Shown here: piece by piece, positions 55,394-64,000 of the stretch
How the letters are laid out: each line of letters opens with the position of its first letter
How positions within the stretch are numbered: the first letter of the stretch is position 1
Source: a bacterium
GTDB lineage: Bacteria > Patescibacteriota > Minisyncoccia > Phycocordibacterales > CAIZLB01
DNA: 64,000 bases
Assembly: GCA_043745355.1 (NCBI GenBank)
Contig: JAYTSY010000009.1
Coordinates: forward strand, 17,783-81,782
Direction of reading: 5' to 3'
Notes under the pieces: generated by a model
Told to the model about the DNA's origin: nothing
What the model saw: the letters and a program-made list of their open reading frames with translations, nothing else
The model's database searches: none
Position numbers and translations under genes: made by a program

Positions 55394-55484
55394 GTACCTC
55401 ACAAGCTCTGTAGGGGCTATTATTTTTCGCCCTGACTACAGTAGACGCCCAAACCCGTCGACTTTACCGAGACTTCAAAATTCA

Positions 55485-55826
55485 ATGACCCGATCACTCA
55501 AAAAAGGACCATTCGTCGAAGAGCGACTCTTGCAAAAGATCGCTGGCAAGAAACCCACAGATACTGGGGTTATTAAGACTTGGTACCGACGAAGCCAGAT
55601 CTCACCTGAGATGGTAGGGTTCATTTTTGGAGTATATAACGGCAAGACACACGTAGAAGTGCTCGTAGCAGAAGAAATGGTAGGTCACCGACTAGGCGAA
55701 TTCTCTCCAACACGTAAGTTTATCCGACACGGAGGTAAAATGCAGAAGGAAATTGACCAGGCCAAGAAAGACGGTGAAATCGCTGCTGCCAAGGCTTCTA
55801 AGGTCTCTGTCGAAGCTAAGAAATAA
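55485..55826 (+). CDS. rpsS: 30S ribosomal protein S19 (with a C-terminal extension)
   Basis: [11 protein letters not shown]... is the S19 core. An extra tail of about 20 aa is Lys/Ala-rich. Confidence 0.95.
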   Translation: MTRSLKKGPFVEERLLQKIAGKKPTDTGVIKTWYRRSQISPEMVGFIFGVYNGKTHVEVLVAEEMVGHRLGEFSPTRKFIRHGGKMQKEIDQAKKDGEIAAAKASKVSVEAKK

Positions 55827-55852
55827 TCTATTCACATTAATTATTCGCCTTT

Positions 55853-56215
55853 ATGAAAGCATTCCTCAACAACTACAGACAGTCTCCACGAAAGGTTCGG
55901 GTTGTTGCTGATTTAATGCGAGGTAAGAGCGCATCTGAAGCTATGCGTGTTTTGACATTTACTACAAAGCGAGCAGTTGATCCTTTGAAGAAACTCCTTT
56001 CAAGCGCTATAGCTAACGCTAAGAACGCCGGAGTTGATATTGAAACTCTCATTGTAAAGGAAGTGCAGGTAAACACAGGTGTTACCCTCAAGCGAATCAT
56101 GCCTCGAGCCATGGGTTCTGCATCAAAGATCAACAAGCGATCAAGTCACGTGACTATCGTTTTGGGAGAGGCTCAACCTAAGAAAATCGCAAAAGCTAAA
56201 AAAACCACAAAATAA
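55853..56215 (+). CDS. rplV: 50S ribosomal protein L22
   Basis: Sequence and operon position. Confidence 0.95.
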   Translation: MKAFLNNYRQSPRKVRVVADLMRGKSASEAMRVLTFTTKRAVDPLKKLLSSAIANAKNAGVDIETLIVKEVQVNTGVTLKRIMPRAMGSASKINKRSSHVTIVLGEAQPKKIAKAKKTTK

Positions 56216-56216
56216 C

Positions 56217-56942
56217 ATGTCACACACCGTACACCCATTTGCACACCGATTAGGAATCATCAGAGACTGGAAATCTCGAGGTTTTTCAACTGACAGTAAG
56301 TACCGTCAGAACCTCAAAGCTGATATTCTCCTCCACGAATGGCTCGCAAAGAAGCTCCGAGGTATGTACGTTGCCGATATTGAAATGGAGCGATCTGCTA
56401 AAGCGGTTCGAATCATCATCAAGACTTCACGACCAGGTATGATCATCGGCCGAAACGGTGAAGGTGCTACAAAGTTGAAGAATGACATAGCTCTCTTTAT
56501 GAAAAAGCTCAATGAAAAGAGCGCTAAGCAAGTTGTTATCAAATACAAGGGCAAGGCAGAAGAGACAAAGGCTAAACTCGCTGAACTAAATTCTGAAATT
56601 AAAGTTGAGATTGATGAAGTGAAGTCTCCTGAATCAAGCTCAGCTATTGTCGCACAGATGATTGCAGAAGGTCTCGAGAAGCGAATGCCTTTCCGACGTG
56701 TGATGAAGCAAATGGTCGACAAAGTGATGGCAAGTCGAGACGTCAAGGGAGTGCGAATCTTCCTCGGTGGTCGACTTGGCGGAGCTGAAATGGCACGTCG
56801 AGAAGATTTGAAGAAGGGACAGATTCCACTTCAGACATTCCGTGCGGATATTGATTTCGTTCGATACGAAGCTAATCTTCCTTACGGAAATATCGGCATC
56901 AAGGTTTGGATTTACAAGGGCGATATCTTTGCTAAGAAATAA
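56217..56942 (+). CDS. rpsC: 30S ribosomal protein S3
   Basis: Sequence and operon position. Confidence 0.95.
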   Translation: MSHTVHPFAHRLGIIRDWKSRGFSTDSKYRQNLKADILLHEWLAKKLRGMYVADIEMERSAKAVRIIIKTSRPGMIIGRNGEGATKLKNDIALFMKKLNEKSAKQVVIKYKGKAEETKAKLAELNSEIKVEIDEVKSPESSSAIVAQMIAEGLEKRMPFRRVMKQMVDKVMASRDVKGVRIFLGGRLGGAEMARREDLKKGQIPLQTFRADIDFVRYEANLPYGNIGIKVWIYKGDIFAKK

Positions 56943-56948
56943 ACTACC

Positions 56949-57374
56949 ATGTTACTCCCGAAAAAAGTAAAACACCGAAAGTGGCAAACAGGCCGAGTAA
57001 ACATCAAGAAGATTGGTGTTGCGTCTCGAGGTGTTAACCTTGATTTCGGGTCATTCGGCCTCAAGGCTACATCAGCTTTCCGAGTAACATCAAACCAACT
57101 CGAATCTGCTCGAAAGGTAATCGCACGATCAGCCGGAAAGACTGGACGTATTTGGATCCGAGTATTCCCAGATCGTCCATGGACGCAGAAAGCCGCTGAA
57201 GTGGGTATGGGTAAGGGAAAAGGAGATCCACAGGGATACTGTGTAGAAGTGAAGCCAGGTCGAGTACTCTTTGAGGTAGACGGTATCGAAGAAGTGATCG
57301 CTCGAGAAGCACTTCGAAAAGCTGGAAGTAAGCTCCCAGTAAAATACCGAATCATTAGCCGTCACGACGCATAA
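56949..57374 (+). CDS. rplP: 50S ribosomal protein L16
   Basis: Sequence and operon position. Confidence 0.95.
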   Translation: MLLPKKVKHRKWQTGRVNIKKIGVASRGVNLDFGSFGLKATSAFRVTSNQLESARKVIARSAGKTGRIWIRVFPDRPWTQKAAEVGMGKGKGDPQGYCVEVKPGRVLFEVDGIEEVIAREALRKAGSKLPVKYRIISRHDA

Positions 57375-57407
57375 ACCGAATATAAATAACAAATTAAATA
57401 AATTGTC

Positions 57408-57629
57408 ATGTCTGAATTCAAAGGAAAAAACCGAAAAGATCTCGTCAAATCGCTTCTCGAAAAGCGTGATGCTCTTCAGGCATTCCGATTCGGCGTGACA
57501 GGTGGCAAGGCTAAGAATGTGAAGGAAGGCCGAACACTCCGAAAGGACATCGCTCGAATTCAGACTGAACTCACTTCACAAGCACACGCTGACGCAAAAA
57601 CTATAAAAGTTTTGGTAGCTAAAGCATAA
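57408..57629 (+). CDS. rpmC: 50S ribosomal protein L29
   Basis: Sequence and operon position. Confidence 0.9.
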   Translation: MSEFKGKNRKDLVKSLLEKRDALQAFRFGVTGGKAKNVKEGRTLRKDIARIQTELTSQAHADAKTIKVLVAKA

Positions 57630-57649
57630 ATTTAAATATTATTACCAAT

Positions 57650-57907
57650 ATGAAAACAACAACACCTACAACTACAGCAACAAAAGCACGAACACTCACG
57701 GGCGTTGTTGTTTCTGACAAAATGAAAGACACTATCGTTGTTTCAGTAGAACGATACGTAAAAGTTCCTAAGTACAACAAGTACGTGACAAAGACAAAGA
57801 AATTCAAGGCGCACGATGCTGGAAATACAAAGAAGATAGGGGACAAAGTCGAAATCCTTGAGTGCCGACCTATTTCAAAGGATAAGCATTTCACTCTCGT
57901 AAAATAA
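57650..57907 (+). CDS. rpsQ: 30S ribosomal protein S17
   Basis: Sequence and operon position. Confidence 0.93.
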   Translation: MKTTTPTTTATKARTLTGVVVSDKMKDTIVVSVERYVKVPKYNKYVTKTKKFKAHDAGNTKKIGDKVEILECRPISKDKHFTLVK

Positions 57908-57929
57908 CCAATACATTAATTAAACCGCC

Positions 57930-58301
57930 ATGTTACAACCACGATCAATCATTCAAGTAGCTGACAACACAGGAGCCAAGCTCGTGCGAGTCTTCAAGGT
58001 ACTTGGCGCCGCAGGAAAGCGAACAGCTGAAATCGGCGACATCGTCGTTGTATCAGTACAGAAAGCTGAGCCTCGAAAGGCCGTCAAGAAAAAGGACGTT
58101 CTCCAGGCAGTTGTCGTGCGACAGCGAAAGGCGTTCCGACGCAAGGACGGCTCATACGTTCGTTTCGATGAAAATGCAGTGGTAATCCTCGACAAGGGAA
58201 AAAAAGAACCACTCGCAGGTCGCATCTTCGGTCCTATTCCACGAGAACTCGCGGAAAAAGGCTTCCAGACAATCGCATCACGTGCGCCTGAGATCGTATA
58301 A
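57930..58301 (+). CDS. rplN: 50S ribosomal protein L14
   Basis: Sequence and operon position. Confidence 0.96.
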   Translation: MLQPRSIIQVADNTGAKLVRVFKVLGAAGKRTAEIGDIVVVSVQKAEPRKAVKKKDVLQAVVVRQRKAFRRKDGSYVRFDENAVVILDKGKKEPLAGRIFGPIPRELAEKGFQTIASRAPEIV

Positions 58302-58321
58302 TATTTATTAAAAATACTACA

Positions 58322-58621
58322 ATGAAAATCAAATCAGGAGACAATATTATAGTGATCGCAGGAAAGGACAAAGGCAAGACTGCCAAGGTCCTCAAGGCTA
58401 TGCCAAAGGAAAGCATGCTTCTTGTTGAAGGTATTAACATGCGAAAGAAGCACAAGAAATCAAACAAGCAGGGTGGCAAAGGTCAGATCATTGATTTCGC
58501 TACACCCATCCACGCTTCAAACGTTATGTTTGTAGAAGGGGGCAAGGGAGTACGTGTAGGCAAGAAGCTTGTCGGTGACCGACACGTTCGTGTCAGCCGA
58601 AAGTCAGGAAAGAATTTGTAA
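58322..58621 (+). CDS. rplX: 50S ribosomal protein L24
   Basis: Sequence and operon position. Confidence 0.94.
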   Translation: MKIKSGDNIIVIAGKDKGKTAKVLKAMPKESMLLVEGINMRKKHKKSNKQGGKGQIIDFATPIHASNVMFVEGGKGVRVGKKLVGDRHVRVSRKSGKNL

Positions 58622-58632
58622 TACTGAAATAT

Positions 58633-59184
58633 ATGAAACACATCACTCTCAAAGAAAAAGGAGCATCCGCATACGCAACCCTCAAAGGTACGTACGGTTA
58701 TAAGAATTTGCTCCAAGCTCCTCGAATCACAAAAGTGATTCTTTCTGCAACAACTGGTTCTATCAAAGATCCAAAGAAGAAGGAGCTCGTGGGTGATCGT
58801 CTCACAAAGATTGCAGGTCAGAAGGCGACTCCAACTGCTGCAAAGAAGTCTGTGGCATCTTTCAAGGTACGACAGGGTGACACTGTAGGATGGCAGGTAA
58901 CACTCCGAGGTGAGCGCATGTGGAGTTTCCTCGAGAAACTTGTGAACGTGGCACTACCGCGAACACGTGACTTCCGAGGTATCGAAGTGAAGTCTATCGA
59001 CAATATCGGGAACTATACTCTAGGCTTCAAGGAGCACACAGTATTCCCTGAGACAGCGGACGAGGAGTTGAAAGACGTCTTCGGTTTTGCGGCAGCAATT
59101 GTCACAACGTCGAAAAAGAAGGATGAAACAAAGGCTCTTTTGGAGCATCTCGGCTTCCTTTTCAAGAAGGCCGATAAAAAATAA
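58633..59184 (+). CDS. rplE: 50S ribosomal protein L5
   Basis: Sequence and operon position. Confidence 0.95.
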   Translation: MKHITLKEKGASAYATLKGTYGYKNLLQAPRITKVILSATTGSIKDPKKKELVGDRLTKIAGQKATPTAAKKSVASFKVRQGDTVGWQVTLRGERMWSFLEKLVNVALPRTRDFRGIEVKSIDNIGNYTLGFKEHTVFPETADEELKDVFGFAAAIVTTSKKKDETKALLEHLGFLFKKADKK

Positions 59185-59256
59185 AGTAAATAAGCCATCA
59201 AACTTTGACTTTCGGGTCAAAAATTGATAGCATCACCAAACGTCACACATACAAAA

Positions 59257-59442
59257 ATGGCAAAAACATCAACAATCGCACGATCACTCAAAGCTCCGAA
59301 ATTCGCTAGCCGGGTTGTTCGACGATGTTTCCGATGCGGTCGAAAGCGAGGCTACATGCGAGACTTCGATATGTGCCGTATTTGCTTCCGTGAAGCTGCC
59401 AACGAAGGACGAATCCCAGGTATTAAAAAATCATCATGGTAA
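59257..59442 (+). CDS. rpsZ: 30S ribosomal protein S14, type Z (zinc-binding)
   Basis: 61 aa with CxxC...CxxC (CFRCGRKRGYMRDFDMCRIC). Confidence 0.93.
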   Translation: MAKTSTIARSLKAPKFASRVVRRCFRCGRKRGYMRDFDMCRICFREAANEGRIPGIKKSSW

Positions 59443-59828
59443 CAGACCCTATCTCACAACTCGTCAACAAACTCAAGGTTGCCAACATCGCAGGCAAAGA
59501 GAATATTTCTATTTCATACTCAAAGATGAAGGAGGCAATTCTCGAAGCACTTCAGAGAGAAGGGTTTGTGAAGGGCGTTACAAAGAAAGGTAAGAAGGTC
59601 AATAAATCTATCGAAGCTGATCTCGTCTATGTTGATGACCAGCCAAAGATCAACGATGTACAGTTGATTTCAAAGCAGTCACGACGTGTGTACTACGGAG
59701 CCAAGGAGGTTCACCGAGTACAAAACGGTTTCGGGGCACTCATTATGACAACCCCAAAGGGTGTCATGAGCGACAAAGAGGCAAGAAAGGCTAACGTTGG
59801 GGGCGAAGCTCTCTTTAAGATCTGGTAA
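59436..59828 (+). CDS. rpsH: 30S ribosomal protein S8
   Basis: Sequence and operon position. Confidence 0.95.
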   Translation: MVTDPISQLVNKLKVANIAGKENISISYSKMKEAILEALQREGFVKGVTKKGKKVNKSIEADLVYVDDQPKINDVQLISKQSRRVYYGAKEVHRVQNGFGALIMTTPKGVMSDKEARKANVGGEALFKIW

Positions 59829-59838
59829 TTTTACATAT

Positions 59839-60372
59839 ATGTCACGAACTGGAAAACAAAAAATCGAAATACCGGCAAAAACAGAAGTCACACTTATTGA
59901 TGGTTTGTTTACAGTGAAGGGCCCAAAGGGTGAACTCAAGCGTGAATTCAAGACTGCAATTGAAATCAAAATTGACGGTTCAAATATTACGCTCACTCCC
60001 GTACGAAAGAGCCTTGAGACATCTGCTCTTTGGGGAACATATGCATCTCACATTGTGAACATGATAAAGGGTGTGAACGAGCATTACGTCAAGAAACTTA
60101 TTCTCGACGGTATCGGTTTCAAAGCAGAAGTTGTGGGTAACATGCTCAAGATGGCACTCGGTTTTTCACATCCTGTAAATGTTGAGATCCCCGTAGGTCT
60201 CACTGTCACTTCTGAAAAGAATATTCTTACCGTAAGCGGTGCTGACAAAGAAATGGTCGGACAGTTTACAGCAAAGATTCGTTCACTAAAGAAGCCTGAA
60301 CCATACAAAGGTAAGGGATTCCGATATGAAGGAGAGGTAATCAAGCGAAAGCAGGGTAAGAAGACTGCATAA
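59839..60372 (+). CDS. rplF: 50S ribosomal protein L6
   Basis: MSRTGKQKIEIP... The start lies after the rpsH stop. Confidence 0.94.
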   Translation: MSRTGKQKIEIPAKTEVTLIDGLFTVKGPKGELKREFKTAIEIKIDGSNITLTPVRKSLETSALWGTYASHIVNMIKGVNEHYVKKLILDGIGFKAEVVGNMLKMALGFSHPVNVEIPVGLTVTSEKNILTVSGADKEMVGQFTAKIRSLKKPEPYKGKGFRYEGEVIKRKQGKKTA

Positions 60373-60392
60373 AAAGATAGAAAAAAACTACC

Positions 60393-60737
60393 ATGAAACA
60401 ACACATTATTTCATCAACGAGAGACAGGCGGCGCAAGCGCATCCGCGCGAAAATTTCTGGTACTGCAGAACGACCTCGCCTTTCTATTTACAAATCAAAC
60501 ACTACTATGTACGCACAGCTCATCAATGATGATGCTGGTGTAACATTGGCTGCGGTTTCTACAAAAGGTGTAAAAGGCAACAAGACAGATGCCGCAAAGA
60601 AAGCGGGAGCTGAGCTTGCAAAGTCTGCAATCTTGGCAAAGATAGGCAAGGTAGTCTTCGATCGAGGAGGATTCATTTACACAGGTCGTGTGCGAGCGCT
60701 CGCTGAGGGTGCACGAGAAGGCGGACTTCAATTTTAA
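60393..60737 (+). CDS. rplR: 50S ribosomal protein L18
   Basis: Sequence and operon position. Confidence 0.94.
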   Translation: MKQHIISSTRDRRRKRIRAKISGTAERPRLSIYKSNTTMYAQLINDDAGVTLAAVSTKGVKGNKTDAAKKAGAELAKSAILAKIGKVVFDRGGFIYTGRVRALAEGAREGGLQF

Positions 60738-60748
60738 TACAGAAATAT

Positions 60749-61417
60749 ATGACCGACGAAATTCAAAAAAATAATATTGCAACTAATACTACAGAAGGAC
60801 CATCAACGGCTCCAGCTGCTGTAACTCCTGTTGCCTCAACATTCGCGCCTTCTACTGTAGGTCCTGCGGCTGACGCTGCTCGACGCGGTGGACGAGATTC
60901 TCGAGGCGGACGACCGGGTGGAGATCGACGTAGTGGTCCTCGACGAGAGCCTCGCGCTAAGCCTGAGTTTGACCAAAAGATTATTGACATCCGACGTGTG
61001 ACTCGAGTTTCCTCTGGTGGACGACGATTCAGCTTTGCTGTATCACTCGTTGCTGGTGACCGAAAGGGACGCGTAGGTGTGGGTACTGGCAAGGGAGGTG
61101 ACACAGCGCTCGCTGTGGACAAGGCGGCACGAAGCGCCAAGAAGCACATGATCACGGTGAACCTCACAAAGACGGGAAGCATCGCTCATGAAATCAAAGC
61201 TAAGTACTCATCTGCTCGCGTTGAGATCATGCCTGCTCCGGGAAAGGGAATCGTAGCTGGATCATCTGTTCGAGATGTTATCGACCTTGCTGGAATCAAA
61301 GACATCACTGCAAAGCTCCGATCTGGCACAAAGAACAAATTGAACAATGCTCGAGCCGCTGTAAAAGCACTCAGCATGATCAAGAAACCACGTCAGTCAT
61401 CTTCACATTCAAATTAA
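60749..61417 (+). CDS. rpsE: 30S ribosomal protein S5 (with an Arg/Gly/Pro-rich N-terminal extension of about 60 aa)
   Basis: The S5 core runs from ..IDIRRVTRVSSGGRRFSF. The extension is RRGGRDSRGGRPGGDRRSGPRREPR. Confidence 0.95.
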   Translation: MTDEIQKNNIATNTTEGPSTAPAAVTPVASTFAPSTVGPAADAARRGGRDSRGGRPGGDRRSGPRREPRAKPEFDQKIIDIRRVTRVSSGGRRFSFAVSLVAGDRKGRVGVGTGKGGDTALAVDKAARSAKKHMITVNLTKTGSIAHEIKAKYSSARVEIMPAPGKGIVAGSSVRDVIDLAGIKDITAKLRSGTKNKLNNARAAVKALSMIKKPRQSSSHSN

Positions 61418-61426
61418 AAAACTATC

Positions 61427-61864
61427 ATGCAAATCCATAACCTAAAACGAAAAACACCTAATCAGACAAGTGCTGTTGTTGGACGTGGTGGTAAGCGTGG
61501 AAAAACGAGCGGTCGTGGAGGCAAGGGTCAGACGGCTCGAGCGGGTAACAAGGTGCGACCTGAGATTCGAGATATGATCAAGCGATTGCCAAAGCTCCGA
61601 GGTCACGGCAAGAACTCAAACTTCTCTATCCAAGTGAAGCCACTCTCAATCAATCTCTCTGCACTCAATGCATTCGGTAACAATGACCGAGTGACTCCTA
61701 AAACTCTCGTAGAAAAAGGTGTTTCTTCTCTCTACAAGGGACGATATCCACGAGTAAAAATCCTCGCTGGAGGTGATATTTCTACAAAGCTTATTGTGGT
61801 AGACTGCACGGTATCAGCTGGCGCCAAGGTCAAGATCGAGGCGGCAGGTGGGATGGTAAAGTAG
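61427..61864 (+). CDS. rplO: 50S ribosomal protein L15
   Basis: Sequence and operon position. It follows rpsE after 9 nt, with no L30 gene between them. Confidence 0.95.
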   Translation: MQIHNLKRKTPNQTSAVVGRGGKRGKTSGRGGKGQTARAGNKVRPEIRDMIKRLPKLRGHGKNSNFSIQVKPLSINLSALNAFGNNDRVTPKTLVEKGVSSLYKGRYPRVKILAGGDISTKLIVVDCTVSAGAKVKIEAAGGMVK

Positions 61865-61891
61865 TCGGTCAAACTAAGGGGACAAAACAAT

Positions 61892-63163
61892 ATGAATACA
61901 TTCTTCGAAAAAATAAAACACCTTTTTCAGGACAGAACTCTTCGAAACAGAGTGCTTTTCGTTTTAGGTGCGCTTCTCGTATTCCGATTGATGGCTGTTA
62001 TTCCAATCCCTGGCGTCAATGTCGATGCATTGGCAAAGTTTCTAAATGGTAATCAATTTTTCGGACTTTTGAATATTTTCTCTGGAGGTGGACTTTCAAC
62101 ACTCTCTATTGTGATGCTCGGCGTCGGTCCATACATCACCGCTTCTATCATCATGCAGCTCGTCACTATGATGTCTGATAGCATGAAGCAAATGTATCAG
62201 GAAGAGGGCGAAGCTGGACGCAAAAAGTTTTCACAATATACTCGACTCGTGACGGTGCCTCTCGCTTTTATTCAAGCATTTAGTTTCATCCTCATACTTC
62301 AGCGACAGGGGATCGTAGCAAGCCTCGACACCCTCAACCTCATCACAAACGTGATCGTGATAGTTTCTGGATCAATGCTTCTCATGTGGATCGGTGAACT
62401 CATGACAGAGTTCGGTATCGGTAACGGTCTCTCTATGATCATCTTTGCTGGTATCGTTTCTCGAATCCCTGCTGCCGTTGGTCAGCTCCGTGTAATTTAC
62501 GATCCATCACAACTTCCTACCTATGTGGCTCTCATTGTCGGAGGTCTCGCTATTATCTACGCTGTTGTATTTATCACTGAGGCCGAACGGCCAATTCCAG
62601 TGACTTATGCTAAGCAAGTCCGTGGAGGCAAAATGTACGGAGGCGCTTCGACATATCTTCCACTACGACTCAACCAGGCTGGCGTTATTCCAATCATTTT
62701 TGCTCTCTCTATTTTACTATTGCCACAAATGGTTTTCAGTATCTTAAGTTACACACACAATGCGACTATTGCTCGGATCTCAGTTATGATTACAGACTTC
62801 CTCCAGAACCCATGGCTCTATGCTGCGGCATATTTCGTCCTCGTATTCCTCTTCACATTCTTCTATACAGCGGTGACATTTGATCCACAATCTATCTCTA
62901 CAAACCTCCAGAAGAACGGCGCGTTCATCCCTGGTGTGCGCCCTGGAGATCCTACCTCTCTCTATCTCAGCAAGGTGGTAACTCGAATCACACTCGTCGG
63001 TGCACTCTTCCTCGGTATCATTGCGGTACTTCCACCGCTCGTGCATGCTATCACTGGTATCCAGTCAATCACGATAGGTGGAACTGCGCTTCTCATCGTA
63101 GTCTCAGTTGTTATCGATCTCATCAAGAAAGTGGATGCGCAGTTATCGATGCGAGAGTACTAA
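61892..63163 (+). CDS. secY: preprotein translocase subunit SecY
   Basis: Ten-TM SecY pattern and operon position. Confidence 0.96.
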   Translation: MNTFFEKIKHLFQDRTLRNRVLFVLGALLVFRLMAVIPIPGVNVDALAKFLNGNQFFGLLNIFSGGGLSTLSIVMLGVGPYITASIIMQLVTMMSDSMKQMYQEEGEAGRKKFSQYTRLVTVPLAFIQAFSFILILQRQGIVASLDTLNLITNVIVIVSGSMLLMWIGELMTEFGIGNGLSMIIFAGIVSRIPAAVGQLRVIYDPSQLPTYVALIVGGLAIIYAVVFITEAERPIPVTYAKQVRGGKMYGGASTYLPLRLNQAGVIPIIFALSILLLPQMVFSILSYTHNATIARISVMITDFLQNPWLYAAAYFVLVFLFTFFYTAVTFDPQSISTNLQKNGAFIPGVRPGDPTSLYLSKVVTRITLVGALFLGIIAVLPPLVHAITGIQSITIGGTALLIVVSVVIDLIKKVDAQLSMREY

Positions 63164-63210
63164 TCTGGGTGTACCAAACTAACTAAAATTTAATATGATA
63201 AAATAAACGT

Positions 63211-63825
63211 ATGTCACCACATACGTTTATTTTTATGGGTCGGTCAGGTTGCGGAAAGGGAACACAAGCAAAATTGTTAAAAGAGTATATCGAGTCTCAT
63301 GATGATGAGAAACGAGGTGTTTTGTACGTTGAAACCGGAGACAGGTTTCGTGAGTTCATCAGTCATACTGGATTTTCAAGTAGGCTCGCTTCTGAAATAA
63401 ATAAGACGGGAGGATTACAACCTGCGTTTTTGGCTGTATGGAATTGGTCACATGTATTGATAGATGAACTGAAGGGAGAAGAACATTTGATGCTGGACGG
63501 AACACCTCGAGGTTTTCAAGAAGCCTTGGTATTCGATACTGCGATGACATTTTACGGACGAGTGAAGCCTATCGTTGTGTATGTGGACGTCAGCCGTGAA
63601 TGGTCGTCAGAGAGGCTTCACGAGAGAGCTAGCAAAGAGGGTCGTGTGGATGATCAACATGCAGAGCAGATAGAGAAGCGGCAAAACTGGTTCGATACTG
63701 ATATTATGCCGGCTATAGACTATTTTAAGCTCAATGAGAGGTATCAGTCAGTGCGAGTCAATGGCGAACAGCCTATCGAAAAGGTGCAAGCAGATATCCT
63801 TGCGGCATTGGGGTGGAACGGGTAG
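63211..63825 (+). CDS. adk: adenylate kinase
   Basis: P-loop GRSGCGKGTQ and operon position after secY. Confidence 0.88.
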   Translation: MSPHTFIFMGRSGCGKGTQAKLLKEYIESHDDEKRGVLYVETGDRFREFISHTGFSSRLASEINKTGGLQPAFLAVWNWSHVLIDELKGEEHLMLDGTPRGFQEALVFDTAMTFYGRVKPIVVYVDVSREWSSERLHERASKEGRVDDQHAEQIEKRQNWFDTDIMPAIDYFKLNERYQSVRVNGEQPIEKVQADILAALGWNG

Positions 63826-63838
63826 TATCATCGTAATA

Positions 63839-64000
63839 ATGGTCACTATAAAGACAGCTGAAGATATTGTGAAATTGAGACAAGGAGGCAAGATTCTTGC
63901 CTCTATTTTGCGTGATTTACGGGCATATGCGGCAATAGGGGTGACCTCTCTCCAGATGGAGGATATGGCTCGTAAATTGACTTTGGAGGCCGGCGCGCGC
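63839..64000 (+). CDS. map: methionine aminopeptidase, 5' fragment (runs off the window)
   Basis: MVTIKTAEDIVKLRQGGKILA... is a typical MAP N-terminus. Operon position supports the call. Confidence 0.8.
   Translation, partial: MVTIKTAEDIVKLRQGGKILASILRDLRAYAAIGVTSLQMEDMARKLTLEAGAR

Noticed and set aside
1-64000. CRISPR arrays, rRNA genes, transposase or integrase genes, and alternative genetic code (UGA recoding)
   Set aside because: Reading the intergenic regions showed no direct-repeat/spacer periodicity. No rRNA-like segments and no transposase or integrase motifs appear in the ORF set. Conserved genes are full length under the standard code, so no recoding is needed.

Overview
The window reads as a small, fairly AT-rich bacterial genome, probably Candidate Phyla Radiation (Patescibacteria). 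This placement is an inference. It rests on the lack of rpmD (L30) between rpsE and rplO, extended ribosomal proteins, a minimal type IV pilus set, ComEC, and multiple TrmB-like regulators. The clearest accessory system is a complete diversity-generating retroelement (DGR) at 245-2876. It has a target gene with a 115-bp variable region (VR), a template repeat (TR) that differs from it only at TR adenines, an Avd-like gene and a DGR-type reverse transcriptase. The Avd gene is antisense, lies between TR and RT, and has no canonical start codon. Next come a TrmB-like regulator, an SPFH lipoprotein-like gene, a pilB-pilC-pilin cluster, tpiA-pgk, HIT, recJ, Fic, RNase H, a split ComEC with a superoxide dismutase gene between the halves, rpmB, an M50 protease, a frameshifted class-V aminotransferase-like gene and an orphan B12-type radical SAM gene. 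The str/S10/spc ribosomal superoperon (rpsL to map) is present but interrupted three times. About 13.4 kb of Liv-type ABC transporter genes with TrmB-like regulators sits between rpsG and fusA. About 6.2 kb sits between fusA and tuf. A 2.1-kb block (deaminase, Nudix, NYN, DUF2283) sits between rplB and rpsS. I found no rRNA, tRNA or CRISPR array. Homology calls come from reading motifs in the supplied translations, not from database searches.
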